Below are positions 1-8,391 of a stretch of 64,000 bases of DNA, piece after piece. Each line of letters opens with the position of its first letter. Positions within the stretch are counted from its first letter, which is position 1. The notes beneath the pieces are model-generated. The model searched no databases. It was not told the origin of the DNA and saw nothing but the letters and a program-made list of their open reading frames with translations. The stretch is from IMG/VR virus record IMGVR_UViG_3300032086_001156, positions 1,093 to 65,092 of that record, one strand, 5' to 3'. Made by a program: the position numbers and the translations under genes. The DNA is from a virus. Lineage: Duplodnaviria > Caudoviricetes.

Positions 1-193
1 CCTTGAACATGTCTGCACCTTTAAACTGTGGTGGTGGATAGAGAGTGTCCTCATTCTGCATGAAAAATAGACACATCATTGCAACATCTCTGAACTCTAC
101 TGCAACACCATTGAACAGTAGTATCTTATCATCGGGGTGTTTCTTACCTTGCACCCACTGAAATTTGTCCCAATTCTTTATATCGTTACTCAT
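1..193 (-). CDS. hypothetical protein, partial (runs off the window)
   Basis: Manual translation MSNDIKNWDKFQWVQGKKHPDD... is open to the window edge; its ATG overlaps the upstream stop (ATGA). Confidence 0.6.
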   Translation of the reverse strand, partial: MSNDIKNWDKFQWVQGKKHPDDKILLFNGVAVEFRDVAMMCLFFMQNEDTLYPPPQFKGADMFK

Positions 194-888
194 AGTTTTA
201 CTGGTTGGTATCCTAACCATTTGAAGTCTTGGGCAAAGTCATATGATATCATATCATACTCTTCATGTGTGAGTCGATACTTTAGACGATTTGGTGTGAC
301 GTTTTGTGCATCGTCCATGTCAAACTCATAGTGTGCAACACTCAGGAGTTTATCTACTATCTCCTCTAATTTGAAAAATGCACAATTCAACTGTTCTCCA
401 TGTTCGAAATAACAGAACTTATATTGATGAACACCATACACTGTCTGTAAGAATCTCTTTCTATTGACAGCGTAACCTTTGTCCCATCCTAGTGTCGGGT
501 GTGCTTTATGAAGTGCATATAATGATGACACTACTCTCTTATAGGGGTTTCTGACAACACAGAACTTCTGACATCCTTCCACATTTGCAAGAATCTCATT
601 ATAAAACTTTGGTTTGTTGTCCTTATACCATTCAACTGGTTTACCATAACCGAATTTGAGTATCTCTGACTTAGATGCAGCTGCATTGGTCTTCATAAAC
701 TCTTGTATACTAACCAACACTGTTTGAGTTGCACAACGTGGTGGTGATAATATCAATAGTTCATCCCATCGATATGAGTTGATTCTACGTGGGTCTTGTC
801 CCCATTCGAATGCATCAGAATTAAACTGAGGTAACTCAGCTATTCGTGCTTTCTCTTCCTTTGTATAGTTACGTCTTACGTAAAACAT
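190..888 (-). CDS. sulfotransferase family 2-like protein
   Basis: PPRCATQT and FCVVRNPYKRVVS resemble the two PAPS-binding motifs; C-terminal FAQDFKWLGY is typical of the family. Confidence 0.6.
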   Translation of the reverse strand: MFYVRRNYTKEEKARIAELPQFNSDAFEWGQDPRRINSYRWDELLILSPPRCATQTVLVSIQEFMKTNAAASKSEILKFGYGKPVEWYKDNKPKFYNEILANVEGCQKFCVVRNPYKRVVSSLYALHKAHPTLGWDKGYAVNRKRFLQTVYGVHQYKFCYFEHGEQLNCAFFKLEEIVDKLLSVAHYEFDMDDAQNVTPNRLKYRLTHEEYDMISYDFAQDFKWLGYQPVKL

Positions 889-1204
889 CTAAAAATCTCT
901 CTGCATCAATTACGACTAATGGTTTCTTACCATTCTTCTTCATGACAACAATAGGTTCATAGTCACCACTGTTCTCACATGCTTGGTTATATGCATCCCA
1001 AACATTTAATTTTTCTTGATTCTTACATTCTACACTATATGGGAAGATTTGTCTAGACTGTTTTCCTAAAATAATGTCCTCACCTTGAGAACCCATAGGT
1101 CTTGATTCTAAATCTTCGGGGTCTAGGTCGAGATGTTCTACTAGTTTATTTGCAAACCACTGTTGTAGTCTACGACCTTTTGCTTTTGCACTTGATGTTT
1201 TCAT
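869..1204 (-). CDS. PD-(D/E)xK Holliday-junction-resolvase-like protein
   Basis: SAKAKGRRLQ start, GEDI and SVECKNQE motifs; a type common in marine T4-like phages. Confidence 0.7.
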   Translation of the reverse strand: MKTSSAKAKGRRLQQWFANKLVEHLDLDPEDLESRPMGSQGEDIILGKQSRQIFPYSVECKNQEKLNVWDAYNQACENSGDYEPIVVMKKNGKKPLVVIDAERFLDVLRKT

Positions 1205-1352
1205 AATATTTTAAACTGCAATATGCATCACAGAATACCTTTACACTTCCATTTTGTATCGGGGTGTGATACTTTATCTCTTCACGTTTTAGTTGATTGT
1301 TACACACGTAACATCTAATCGTCTCGTGTGTCTCGTCTATTGTCGTCATCAT
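1170..1352 (-). CDS. small Zn-binding protein (TRASH/MYM-like)
   Basis: CYVC...FCDAYC; start trimmed from the ORF track to MMTTIDE. Confidence 0.45.
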   Translation of the reverse strand: MMTTIDETHETIRCYVCNNQLKREEIKYHTPIQNGSVKVFCDAYCSLKYYENIKCKSKRS

Positions 1353-2079
1353 GGTAACGTCTCTCGGGATACAAGAAGTACACTTGACTGTATCTCCAGT
1401 TGTTCTTATAATGTTCGTAATCGTCAATCACTGCACCATGCATTCTGTTACCAGCAAAGATGACTGCACGATTGAATTTGTGTTTCATTTTTCGAACTGT
1501 TTTGTGTACGTTAGGGTCAAAGTCAAACATGAGGTTTTCATGTTCTTTGTTGTCGGGGAAATTACCCTCATAGATGTCTGTTCCACCATTACCATCTTTG
1601 TCCATAAACACGATTAGGTTGAGAACTGAATGGTCATCAGGTGTTCTCATATCGTCATCTAAGTGTGGGAAGTGTTGTTCGGTTGGTTTAAAATCCTTGA
1701 GAGCTCTAAAACAGTTGAACTCGAACACTTGGTCGAACTGATAGTTTCCTTTCCAAAAGTGTCGTCTACAAGTGTCTAGGATACTACCGAAATAGTTTTC
1801 TGTGTTTTGTTTCAGACCATATGACCATGAGTGAATCAAACGACAATCATCATAATCAATACCATTTCTTGTGTTATCCTCATCGAGGTATTTCCATCTT
1901 GGGTAGTCTTGTTGTTGCAACCACTCATAGATTGCATCGGGGTCGTCATAGAAGTTGTCTATGGTAATGGTCTTGTTATCTCCGTCCCAGTTTACATCCC
2001 ACTCGGGTGCAAATTGAAATAGTGTATCGAAATTAATTGGTTCTTTCATTTTTTCTTTTTTCCTCAAGTTCCTCTTCAT
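1315..2079 (-). CDS. 2OG-Fe(II) oxygenase-like protein
   Basis: IDNFYDDPD start, PHLD iron motif, FNRAVIF...MHG, RYSQVYF. Confidence 0.7.
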   Translation of the reverse strand: MKRNLRKKEKMKEPINFDTLFQFAPEWDVNWDGDNKTITIDNFYDDPDAIYEWLQQQDYPRWKYLDEDNTRNGIDYDDCRLIHSWSYGLKQNTENYFGSILDTCRRHFWKGNYQFDQVFEFNCFRALKDFKPTEQHFPHLDDDMRTPDDHSVLNLIVFMDKDGNGGTDIYEGNFPDNKEHENLMFDFDPNVHKTVRKMKHKFNRAVIFAGNRMHGAVIDDYEHYKNNWRYSQVYFLYPERRYHDDDNRRDTRDD

Positions 2080-3097
2080 GTTCTTGCATCAATTGTTCAT
2101 ATGATTTGTCTGATTCATTGATTGGTCTTGGATTGTGATGTGCAAGATTAAATGAGAGAGAAATACGTTCATAGTTTTCACTGTATCCTTCCTCTGATTG
2201 ACCCTCTACACCATGATATAACCATGAAGGCCATAATAGGAAATCCATACAATTCGGATGTATATGTAACTCATGTGTAAAACCACTGGTACCCAACCTA
2301 CATGCTTTGTTAGTACTCAACTCAGGTGAGTCATATTTGAGTTCAACATTCTTGTATTCTAACTCATTCATCTTCATTGCCATTTGAGCTTGTGGGTTGA
2401 CAAATTTGATAGGCATGTCATTGTTCCCATCTGCCTTGATGTACCATGTTCCACTGATTGTAGAACCATTATGAATATGATAGTTGTGAGAGTTTCTTCC
2501 TTGATATCTATTGACCCATGCAAACAAATGAACGTGTTCATCGTCTGCAATATAATCATCCCATACATGTTCCATATATTCTCTATATGTCTGTTTGATA
2601 TTCATCTCGAAGTCTTTGTACCACTGCATCTCATACATCATTGCACGTGCTTTCTTAGAGAAGTATGTGGTGTAACACTCATCTAAACGTGGGTGTGTTT
2701 CTTTAACCACGTCAGTCAATTTTCTGATATCCCTTATGACATCATCTCTATTGCAAGTGTCAATTACACCCTTAAACATTGGTGTTTCAAATATAGGAAA
2801 CAATTCACCTTTATATGGTCTCTGATTTTCCAACACAGGAACTTCCATAGGGTTATCACCCTGTGCAGCGTGTGGTGGTTTTTTACCCAACACTGGTGGT
2901 GGAGTGTATGTGTGAATTGGTTTTTCCTCTATACGAGGTGGTGTTTGGATTGGTGCATCTTCAGGTACATCTGCTGGAATCTCATGTTCTACATCCAGTG
3001 ATTTGATGAGTGATTCTCTCTCACTTTGGAGTTCTCTATCTGAAGGTGTGACTGTTCTCAATGATGGTCTTTCATCGTTGGGTTTTCTAGATAACAT
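2033..3097 (-). CDS. putative 2OG-Fe(II) oxygenase with Pro-rich N-terminal extension
   Basis: HIH...ISGTWYI, LWPSWLYHGV and ERISLSFN motifs. Confidence 0.75.
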   Translation of the reverse strand: MLSRKPNDERPSLRTVTPSDRELQSERESLIKSLDVEHEIPADVPEDAPIQTPPRIEEKPIHTYTPPPVLGKKPPHAAQGDNPMEVPVLENQRPYKGELFPIFETPMFKGVIDTCNRDDVIRDIRKLTDVVKETHPRLDECYTTYFSKKARAMMYEMQWYKDFEMNIKQTYREYMEHVWDDYIADDEHVHLFAWVNRYQGRNSHNYHIHNGSTISGTWYIKADGNNDMPIKFVNPQAQMAMKMNELEYKNVELKYDSPELSTNKACRLGTSGFTHELHIHPNCMDFLLWPSWLYHGVEGQSEEGYSENYERISLSFNLAHHNPRPINESDKSYEQLMQEHEEELEEKRKNERTN

Positions 3098-3576
3098 TAC
3101 TTAGTGTCTTCCTCAAGTTTACGTGTTACGTCTTCATAGTATACAACGACCTCACCAAGTTCTCTGATGTATCGTCTAAGTTCTTGCATGTTTGTTGACA
3201 TGACTTTATAATCACCAATGGACGTTGCAACAAATACTACGTCTCCCTTGTTCTGTTCCTTCATGGTGTCCATGAATCTGTCTAGATAGGTATAACCTTC
3301 AGGCCAATCAGGATTCTCTCTGTCTTCTTGTAAACAATCCTTTGGTCTCTTCATAGAACCATCATCTTGTAATCTCTTGATACAAGGATTTGCAATCCGT
3401 GCTTCAGATACCACATACCATTTAGGTGGTGTTAGTTGTAGGGGTCTTGGTAATTCGGGTTGAATAATATCTATCTCTAATGGTTTAGAGACAATCTCTA
3501 CCTGTTTGGTTGGTAGTAGTGAACAACTAGTCGTTAGAACTAGTAGACTCAGAATTCCTAAATTCTTTAGTGTCAT
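3097..3576 (-). CDS. lipoprotein, putative o-spanin (Rz1-like)
   Basis: Lipobox (LTTSC), Pro-rich segment, overlaps the upstream TM/coiled-coil gene. Confidence 0.55.
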   Translation of the reverse strand: MTLKNLGILSLLVLTTSCSLLPTKQVEIVSKPLEIDIIQPELPRPLQLTPPKWYVVSEARIANPCIKRLQDDGSMKRPKDCLQEDRENPDWPEGYTYLDRFMDTMKEQNKGDVVFVATSIGDYKVMSTNMQELRRYIRELGEVVVYYEDVTRKLEEDTK

Positions 3577-3910
3577 TCTCTATCTCCTTAAATACTTCTG
3601 CAGTTCCATTATTAAATCGGGTCTCTATCATCCCTGGCTTCACTAATGCAAGTTTATCTAAGTTGTGTTTAGAGAATATCTCTAGATACCTAGCTTTATC
3701 TGCTTCGATTTCGTTATTTCGTCTTTGTAAGTTACCTAATGCTTTACCCTGTCTTTCGTATGACTCTTGTAGGGCAACCATAGTTTGTTTTTGTTCCTCT
3801 ACTGCACCTTCCAACTTGATGTTGTTTGCAGTGAGTGTTTGATTCTCGTTATACAGATACCATGAACCTAATCCTAATACCAGTATAATTGCAATGAAAA
3901 ATTGATTCAT
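3527..3910 (-). CDS. putative i-spanin (Rz-like)
   Basis: N-terminal TM helix followed by a long coiled coil; adjacent to a lipoprotein gene. Confidence 0.55.
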   Translation of the reverse strand: MNQFFIAIILVLGLGSWYLYNENQTLTANNIKLEGAVEEQKQTMVALQESYERQGKALGNLQRRNNEIEADKARYLEIFSKHNLDKLALVKPGMIETRFNNGTAEVFKEIENDTKEFRNSESTSSND

Positions 3911-4129
3911 TTATACGTCCTCTATAATATAGTTCAAACCCGATGAAGACCTATATTCTATCGTTTTGTTATTCTCATCTCTAAACTTGAGATGTTTCTC
4001 TTTTTGGATTAATATCTTCTTGGTTATATAAGTCCTATCATCGTTGTCCCCATATTCTGAGTTAAACGATACCGTCACCTTATATCGGGTTGCAAAAAGA
4101 CTGACCAAATATTTCCATAATCTATCCAT
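3911..4129 (-). CDS. hypothetical protein
   Basis: Compact ORF preceded by a late-promoter-like CTAAATA. Confidence 0.6.
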   Translation of the reverse strand: MDRLWKYLVSLFATRYKVTVSFNSEYGDNDDRTYITKKILIQKEKHLKFRDENNKTIEYRSSSGLNYIIEDV

Positions 4130-4137
4130 ATGAGTAT

Positions 4138-4653
4138 TTAGTCGTCTTTTCTAAGTTCTTTTAGTTTCTTGATAGTTCTCTCTGCAGTGGTGTGTAGGAT
4201 ACCAATCCCACCTGCGTTCTCCCATGCATCAATGTTCTCTAGTCTATCATCGACAAGAACAGAACCCTTGTATGCAAATGCAGCTTTCTGTTTACCACCC
4301 ATAGTGCAAGTAACTACTACACAAGGGTCAACATGTTTTCTAATCCACTCGTTCTTGTCATAGACAACGAGTTCTCTGTTAACCTTACCTGCTGCAGTCA
4401 ATATCTCCCATGGTACATTACAGTGTTTGACATATGCAATCAAGTCATACATGTCACTGAGAGGTTCTAGTTTTGCAAACAGTCTCTTGTTTGTTAGTTC
4501 TTCCTTTCTTAAGTCGTATTCGTTGTGTCCATGTGCATCATTAGTTAATGCATGACCAATCATCTCGGGTTTTGCAACCCCTCCGAGAAAGTCTGCTAGG
4601 ACTCCATCCATATCTAGAAAGATTCTTTTCACGTTTTTCACTTCTTTTTCCAT
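4138..4653 (-). CDS. HAD-family 5'(3')-deoxyribonucleotidase
   Basis: IFLDMDGVLADF, ILTA, LVDDR...W...GGIGILH; start moved to MEKEVK because the ORF-track start lies in a promoter. Confidence 0.85.
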   Translation of the reverse strand: MEKEVKNVKRIFLDMDGVLADFLGGVAKPEMIGHALTNDAHGHNEYDLRKEELTNKRLFAKLEPLSDMYDLIAYVKHCNVPWEILTAAGKVNRELVVYDKNEWIRKHVDPCVVVTCTMGGKQKAAFAYKGSVLVDDRLENIDAWENAGGIGILHTTAERTIKKLKELRKDD

Positions 4654-4659
4654 ACTGTT

Positions 4660-4689
4660 ATAATAACAAAAAGTACTACCTATTGTCAA
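4660..4689 (-). promoter_or_regulatory. sigma70-like early promoter
   Basis: TTGACA-N18-TATTAT; spacer is similar to the repeats at 53-57 kb. Confidence 0.7.
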
Positions 4690-5332
4690 GGGGTATTTTG
4701 ACTTTTTTACCTAGATTGTACATGAATATCCATCGTGTTTCATCTGTATCATTTTGATAAGAATGATAGGGTCTTTCTCTGTCAATTCCCATCCAATATC
4801 CACAGTTGATACCCCATTTGTCTTCTACACCCCCGATACCTCTAGTCTTATCAGGGTTCAACTCACTAAAAAACTTGGTTCCATTACCTTCCTGTGGGTG
4901 TAGGTATATGATAAGTGTATGCATTTTCGATGGAGTGTCTTGATGTACTCCATATCTACAACGAGGTGGTGTTGTTTGTAGTTCACCAACACAGGTATAA
5001 GGTGACTCATCTACGTCATAGTCTACCCATCCATTACCCTCTTTGACTATGATACTATCTTCATGGGTGTGGAAATATCGTGTAACGAAGTCTTGAGCTT
5101 TTTTTACTATAGGGAATTTTTCTGCGTGATATTGACCTAACTTTTCATCACATGGTTTTACTATTACATTTGTAAGGTCAACATCTGAATCATTAACGGT
5201 TTTACTTAAGGGAACACCTTTATAATTTTCGGGTGGTGTATCTGACTTGATGAATTCTAATAGTCCATCCAATATGTCTTGTGGAAAGAAATTTGTTAAA
5301 CGTATACCATATTCAAATCTTTCTTCTGTCAT
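4676..5332 (-). CDS. 2OG-Fe(II) oxygenase
   Basis: HQD...IIYLHP..GNGT...YHSY...RWIFMYN. Confidence 0.75.
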   Translation of the reverse strand: MTEERFEYGIRLTNFFPQDILDGLLEFIKSDTPPENYKGVPLSKTVNDSDVDLTNVIVKPCDEKLGQYHAEKFPIVKKAQDFVTRYFHTHEDSIIVKEGNGWVDYDVDESPYTCVGELQTTPPRCRYGVHQDTPSKMHTLIIYLHPQEGNGTKFFSELNPDKTRGIGGVEDKWGINCGYWMGIDRERPYHSYQNDTDETRWIFMYNLGKKVKIPLDNR

Positions 5333-5697
5333 AGTTCTATAGCAAATATCTTCTTTTCATCCAACTTGACTTTCTCTAGGTCAAATTGTATACTAACACC
5401 ACAACCACATGATGCCTCTTCTTTTGGGTTAATGAACTTGAACACTTCATTCAGTCCTTCTTTTACATAATCAAGGGTCATACCAGTTAAGTAAGGAACA
5501 CTTATCTTGTCTATGACAAACTTAACCTCACTCCACTCTATGACAATATCATCATCAGACTCAGAATCACAAGAATCAAAGACGTACTCGAAACCAGCAC
5601 AACCTCCACCTGTGATACCCAATCTAATGAATTGAAAGGATTCTCTATCCTTCTGTTCAAGAAGTCTCTGATACGCTGCATTGGTGAGCTCTATCAT
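5329..5697 (-). CDS. iscA: A-type Fe-S cluster carrier (IscA/HesB family)
   Basis: GGGCAGFEY and NP....SCGCG motifs. Confidence 0.9.
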   Translation of the reverse strand: MIELTNAAYQRLLEQKDRESFQFIRLGITGGGCAGFEYVFDSCDSESDDDIVIEWSEVKFVIDKISVPYLTGMTLDYVKEGLNEVFKFINPKEEASCGCGVSIQFDLEKVKLDEKKIFAIEL

Positions 5698-5834
5698 CTC
5701 TCCTCTATGTCATCTTCATGTAATGTATATCCACAAAATATACAAAACATAGGGTCGTATTCCAAACCTTCCATTTTGTGTTCTATCTTAAATTCTCCAT
5801 CACACTCACTGCATACGATGTCTAATTTATCCAT
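5694..5834 (-). CDS. small Zn-ribbon protein (46 aa)
   Basis: Manual translation MDKLDIVCSECDG...FCIFCG; stop overlaps the iscA ATG. Confidence 0.7.
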   Translation of the reverse strand: MDKLDIVCSECDGEFKIEHKMEGLEYDPMFCIFCGYTLHEDDIEER

Positions 5835-6078
5835 TTGTTTCTATCTCCATGTTAGGCATTAAGGTGGATACAAAATTGTCCCACGATTTAGGTTTACCGT
5901 CAATTAACATGACGGGTAGGTCATTTCTATTGTATTTTTTAAGTATGTCTTCTTTAAAATTAAAGTCTTCACCCAAACGATATACTCGGATTTCATGTTC
6001 CGATATGTCTAGTGTCTTTGACAAGTGTTCTGCCCTCATCGACATTGCACTATCATCTACGTAAAGTAATACTTGCAT
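5827..6078 (-). CDS. glutaredoxin-like protein lacking CxxC
   Basis: Grx-like size and LPVMLIDG motif; SAMS where CxxC is expected; lies downstream of nrdB. Confidence 0.5.
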   Translation of the reverse strand: MQVLLYVDDSAMSMRAEHLSKTLDISEHEIRVYRLGEDFNFKEDILKKYNRNDLPVMLIDGKPKSWDNFVSTLMPNMEIETNG

Positions 6079-6287
6079 TAGAATTTAAAAGCTAATAGTA
6101 AAAAAATACCAAATAAAAATAAGTTTGTAAATAACAATAATAATCCTAAGATGGTGTGATACCACACCCATCTAGTTCTATATGCATTATCAATTGTAAG
6201 TTCTGCGGGGTCAGCATCAGGATTTTGTTCCTTATGTTTCTTTACTATGTCCTCTTCTTTACCCCAAAATATGTCATACCATGTCAT
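6078..6287 (-). CDS. hypothetical membrane protein
   Basis: C-terminal hydrophobic helix. Confidence 0.6.
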   Translation of the reverse strand: MTWYDIFWGKEEDIVKKHKEQNPDADPAELTIDNAYRTRWVWYHTILGLLLLFTNLFLFGIFLLLAFKF

Positions 6288-6299
6288 ACTATATATTTC

Positions 6300-7400
6300 C
6301 TATAATTTACCGAAATCTGCAAAGGTGTCATCACTGACATCTTGCTTAATCCCTCCTATCACATAAGACTCAATCTCGGTCTCTTGTGGTGCATTTTGAA
6401 GGGACTTACTCCTTAACCAGTGTTCAGTCCACGGTAATGGATTATTTGTTGCTGGTACATCATATATAGGTTTAAAACCTATTCCTTTGAGTCGTCTATT
6501 TGCAATCCATTCAACATAATTACCTAGTAATGGTGCAGATAGACCAATCATACTTCCCTTCTCAAACAAATACTCTGCCCACTCTTTCTCTTGGTCGACA
6601 GCATCTTTGAACATTTGATACACTTCTTGTTCTGTATCCTTTATAACTTTTGACATAATCTTGTCATTTTCGTGTTTTTGCCAGTTCTTGATAATGTGTG
6701 TAGATACTGCAAGGTGTTGTGCTTCATCTCTTGCAATGAATGATATAATCTTTGCACTACCTTCCATGAGTTTGAGTTCACCGAATCCAAATGTACATGC
6801 AAATGACACATAGAATCTAATACCTTCTAGTATGTTTACTGATATCATTGCAAGATATAATGATTTGTATAACTCATACTCATCTACTTTGAGACCCAGT
6901 AGTTTACGTCTACCGATATCTATGAATTTGTCATATCTTTCTGTAACTGCCTCTGCACGTTTTAAAATAGCAGGTTCGTCTACGATAGTGTCAAACACTT
7001 CATTTGGATTTGCATATAGATTCTTTACCATGTGAGTGTAAGAACGTGAATGGATAGTTTCCATGAAGTCCCATGTCACCATTGCACCTTCCAACTCAGG
7101 AAGTGTTACAAATGGTAAGAATGCAATAGCAGGGCCTCTACCCTGTACTGAGTCTAGTAATGTTTGATATCTTAAGTTTGATGTAAAGATATGTTTCTGT
7201 GCTTCGTTCAATGACTGAAAGTCATTTCTGTCTTTTTGTAAAGACACTTCTTCGGGTCTCCAAAAGTAACCCAACTGTGTTTGTGTTAGTTTATCAAATA
7301 CTGGATATTTGAACTCGTCAAATCTTTGAGTGTTCAATGGTTCTCCAAAGAACATAGTGTTCTTTGTAAAGTCTACTTTGTTTCTATTAAATACTGTCAA
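6300..7400 (-). CDS. nrdB: ribonucleotide reductase class Ia beta subunit
   Basis: FWRPEEV, ETIHSRSY, EGIRFYVSF, DEAQH, APQETEIESY. Confidence 0.97.
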   Translation of the reverse strand: MTVFNRNKVDFTKNTMFFGEPLNTQRFDEFKYPVFDKLTQTQLGYFWRPEEVSLQKDRNDFQSLNEAQKHIFTSNLRYQTLLDSVQGRGPAIAFLPFVTLPELEGAMVTWDFMETIHSRSYTHMVKNLYANPNEVFDTIVDEPAILKRAEAVTERYDKFIDIGRRKLLGLKVDEYELYKSLYLAMISVNILEGIRFYVSFACTFGFGELKLMEGSAKIISFIARDEAQHLAVSTHIIKNWQKHENDKIMSKVIKDTEQEVYQMFKDAVDQEKEWAEYLFEKGSMIGLSAPLLGNYVEWIANRRLKGIGFKPIYDVPATNNPLPWTEHWLRSKSLQNAPQETEIESYVIGGIKQDVSDDTFADFGKL

Positions 7401-8391
7401 TTTCTTTCACCTCTGCTTCTGTATCATATGGTTGGGGTAATCTGTTCTTCACTGTTGTATTTGGAAATGAAATTGGATAGTTGTTTGGTATATGTGCAAA
7501 CTCGGGATGCATTTCAACTTTAGACAAAGCTATCTTTCTATCCTCTGACTTTTGACTATAATCTTCATAAAAATTATCTCTACCATCGTTCTCCACTTCG
7601 GGACACATTTGATATATGAGACCATTCTCGTTAACCCAATGACAAAATATATGATATGAATAATCACCAACTAATCTATCTCTCCAATGAAATACATTAG
7701 GGCCTTGATAGACCATCACATCACCAACTTCTAGTGATATAGGTTTTAACCCCTCAATTAGTTTTCTTTTGTTTATTGATAACCCCTGAGTGTTATGCCA
7801 TACCACATCTTCATGTCTCAAACCCATACCTGAGTTCTGCATACCATCTGTTGTATAGTGTTCCATTATATGTTCATCGTTTAATGCATTCACTCTACCA
7901 TCCACCCATATATTCCATGGTTTACCAAAATCAGTTTTAAAGTCCATTGGTGCAGTAAAACTAATCTCACACGCTGGTCTATCAGAGTGTACCTTCATGT
8001 ATCCATTACGATTATACTTACGTGAATATGCATAAGTTCTTACTAAATCAATACCCAACGTTTCCTCAAGTCTAGGAGTTGCCCAGTCTTGGAGTGCAGT
8101 TGCCCATGGTGCGTTGTCCAAAGGTGACTCTGAAGTGTTATGAGTGTCTTTGGGTGAACCCGAACCTGTATCGTATTCTACGTTTTTAGGAATGACTTCA
8201 TTGATTTTTTGACTGGTTTCCCACCTCTTCCATGTGGACTTTACCATCTCAATGATTTCTTTTGGAATGAAGTTCCTGAGAACAACATACCCACCTGACA
8301 TGAATTGTAGTCCTTCTGCAGTCACGACCATGTCGGGTCGAGGTTTACCCTCCGTTTTATAAGAAATACTATATTTCTTCATATTGCACAT
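7387..8391 (-). CDS. 2OG-Fe(II) oxygenase-like protein between nrdA and nrdB
   Basis: YAYSRKY...HSDRPACEIS...GDVMVYQG...HWR...IFCHW. Confidence 0.7.
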   Translation of the reverse strand: MCNMKKYSISYKTEGKPRPDMVVTAEGLQFMSGGYVVLRNFIPKEIIEMVKSTWKRWETSQKINEVIPKNVEYDTGSGSPKDTHNTSESPLDNAPWATALQDWATPRLEETLGIDLVRTYAYSRKYNRNGYMKVHSDRPACEISFTAPMDFKTDFGKPWNIWVDGRVNALNDEHIMEHYTTDGMQNSGMGLRHEDVVWHNTQGLSINKRKLIEGLKPISLEVGDVMVYQGPNVFHWRDRLVGDYSYHIFCHWVNENGLIYQMCPEVENDGRDNFYEDYSQKSEDRKIALSKVEMHPEFAHIPNNYPISFPNTTVKNRLPQPYDTEAEVKEIDSI

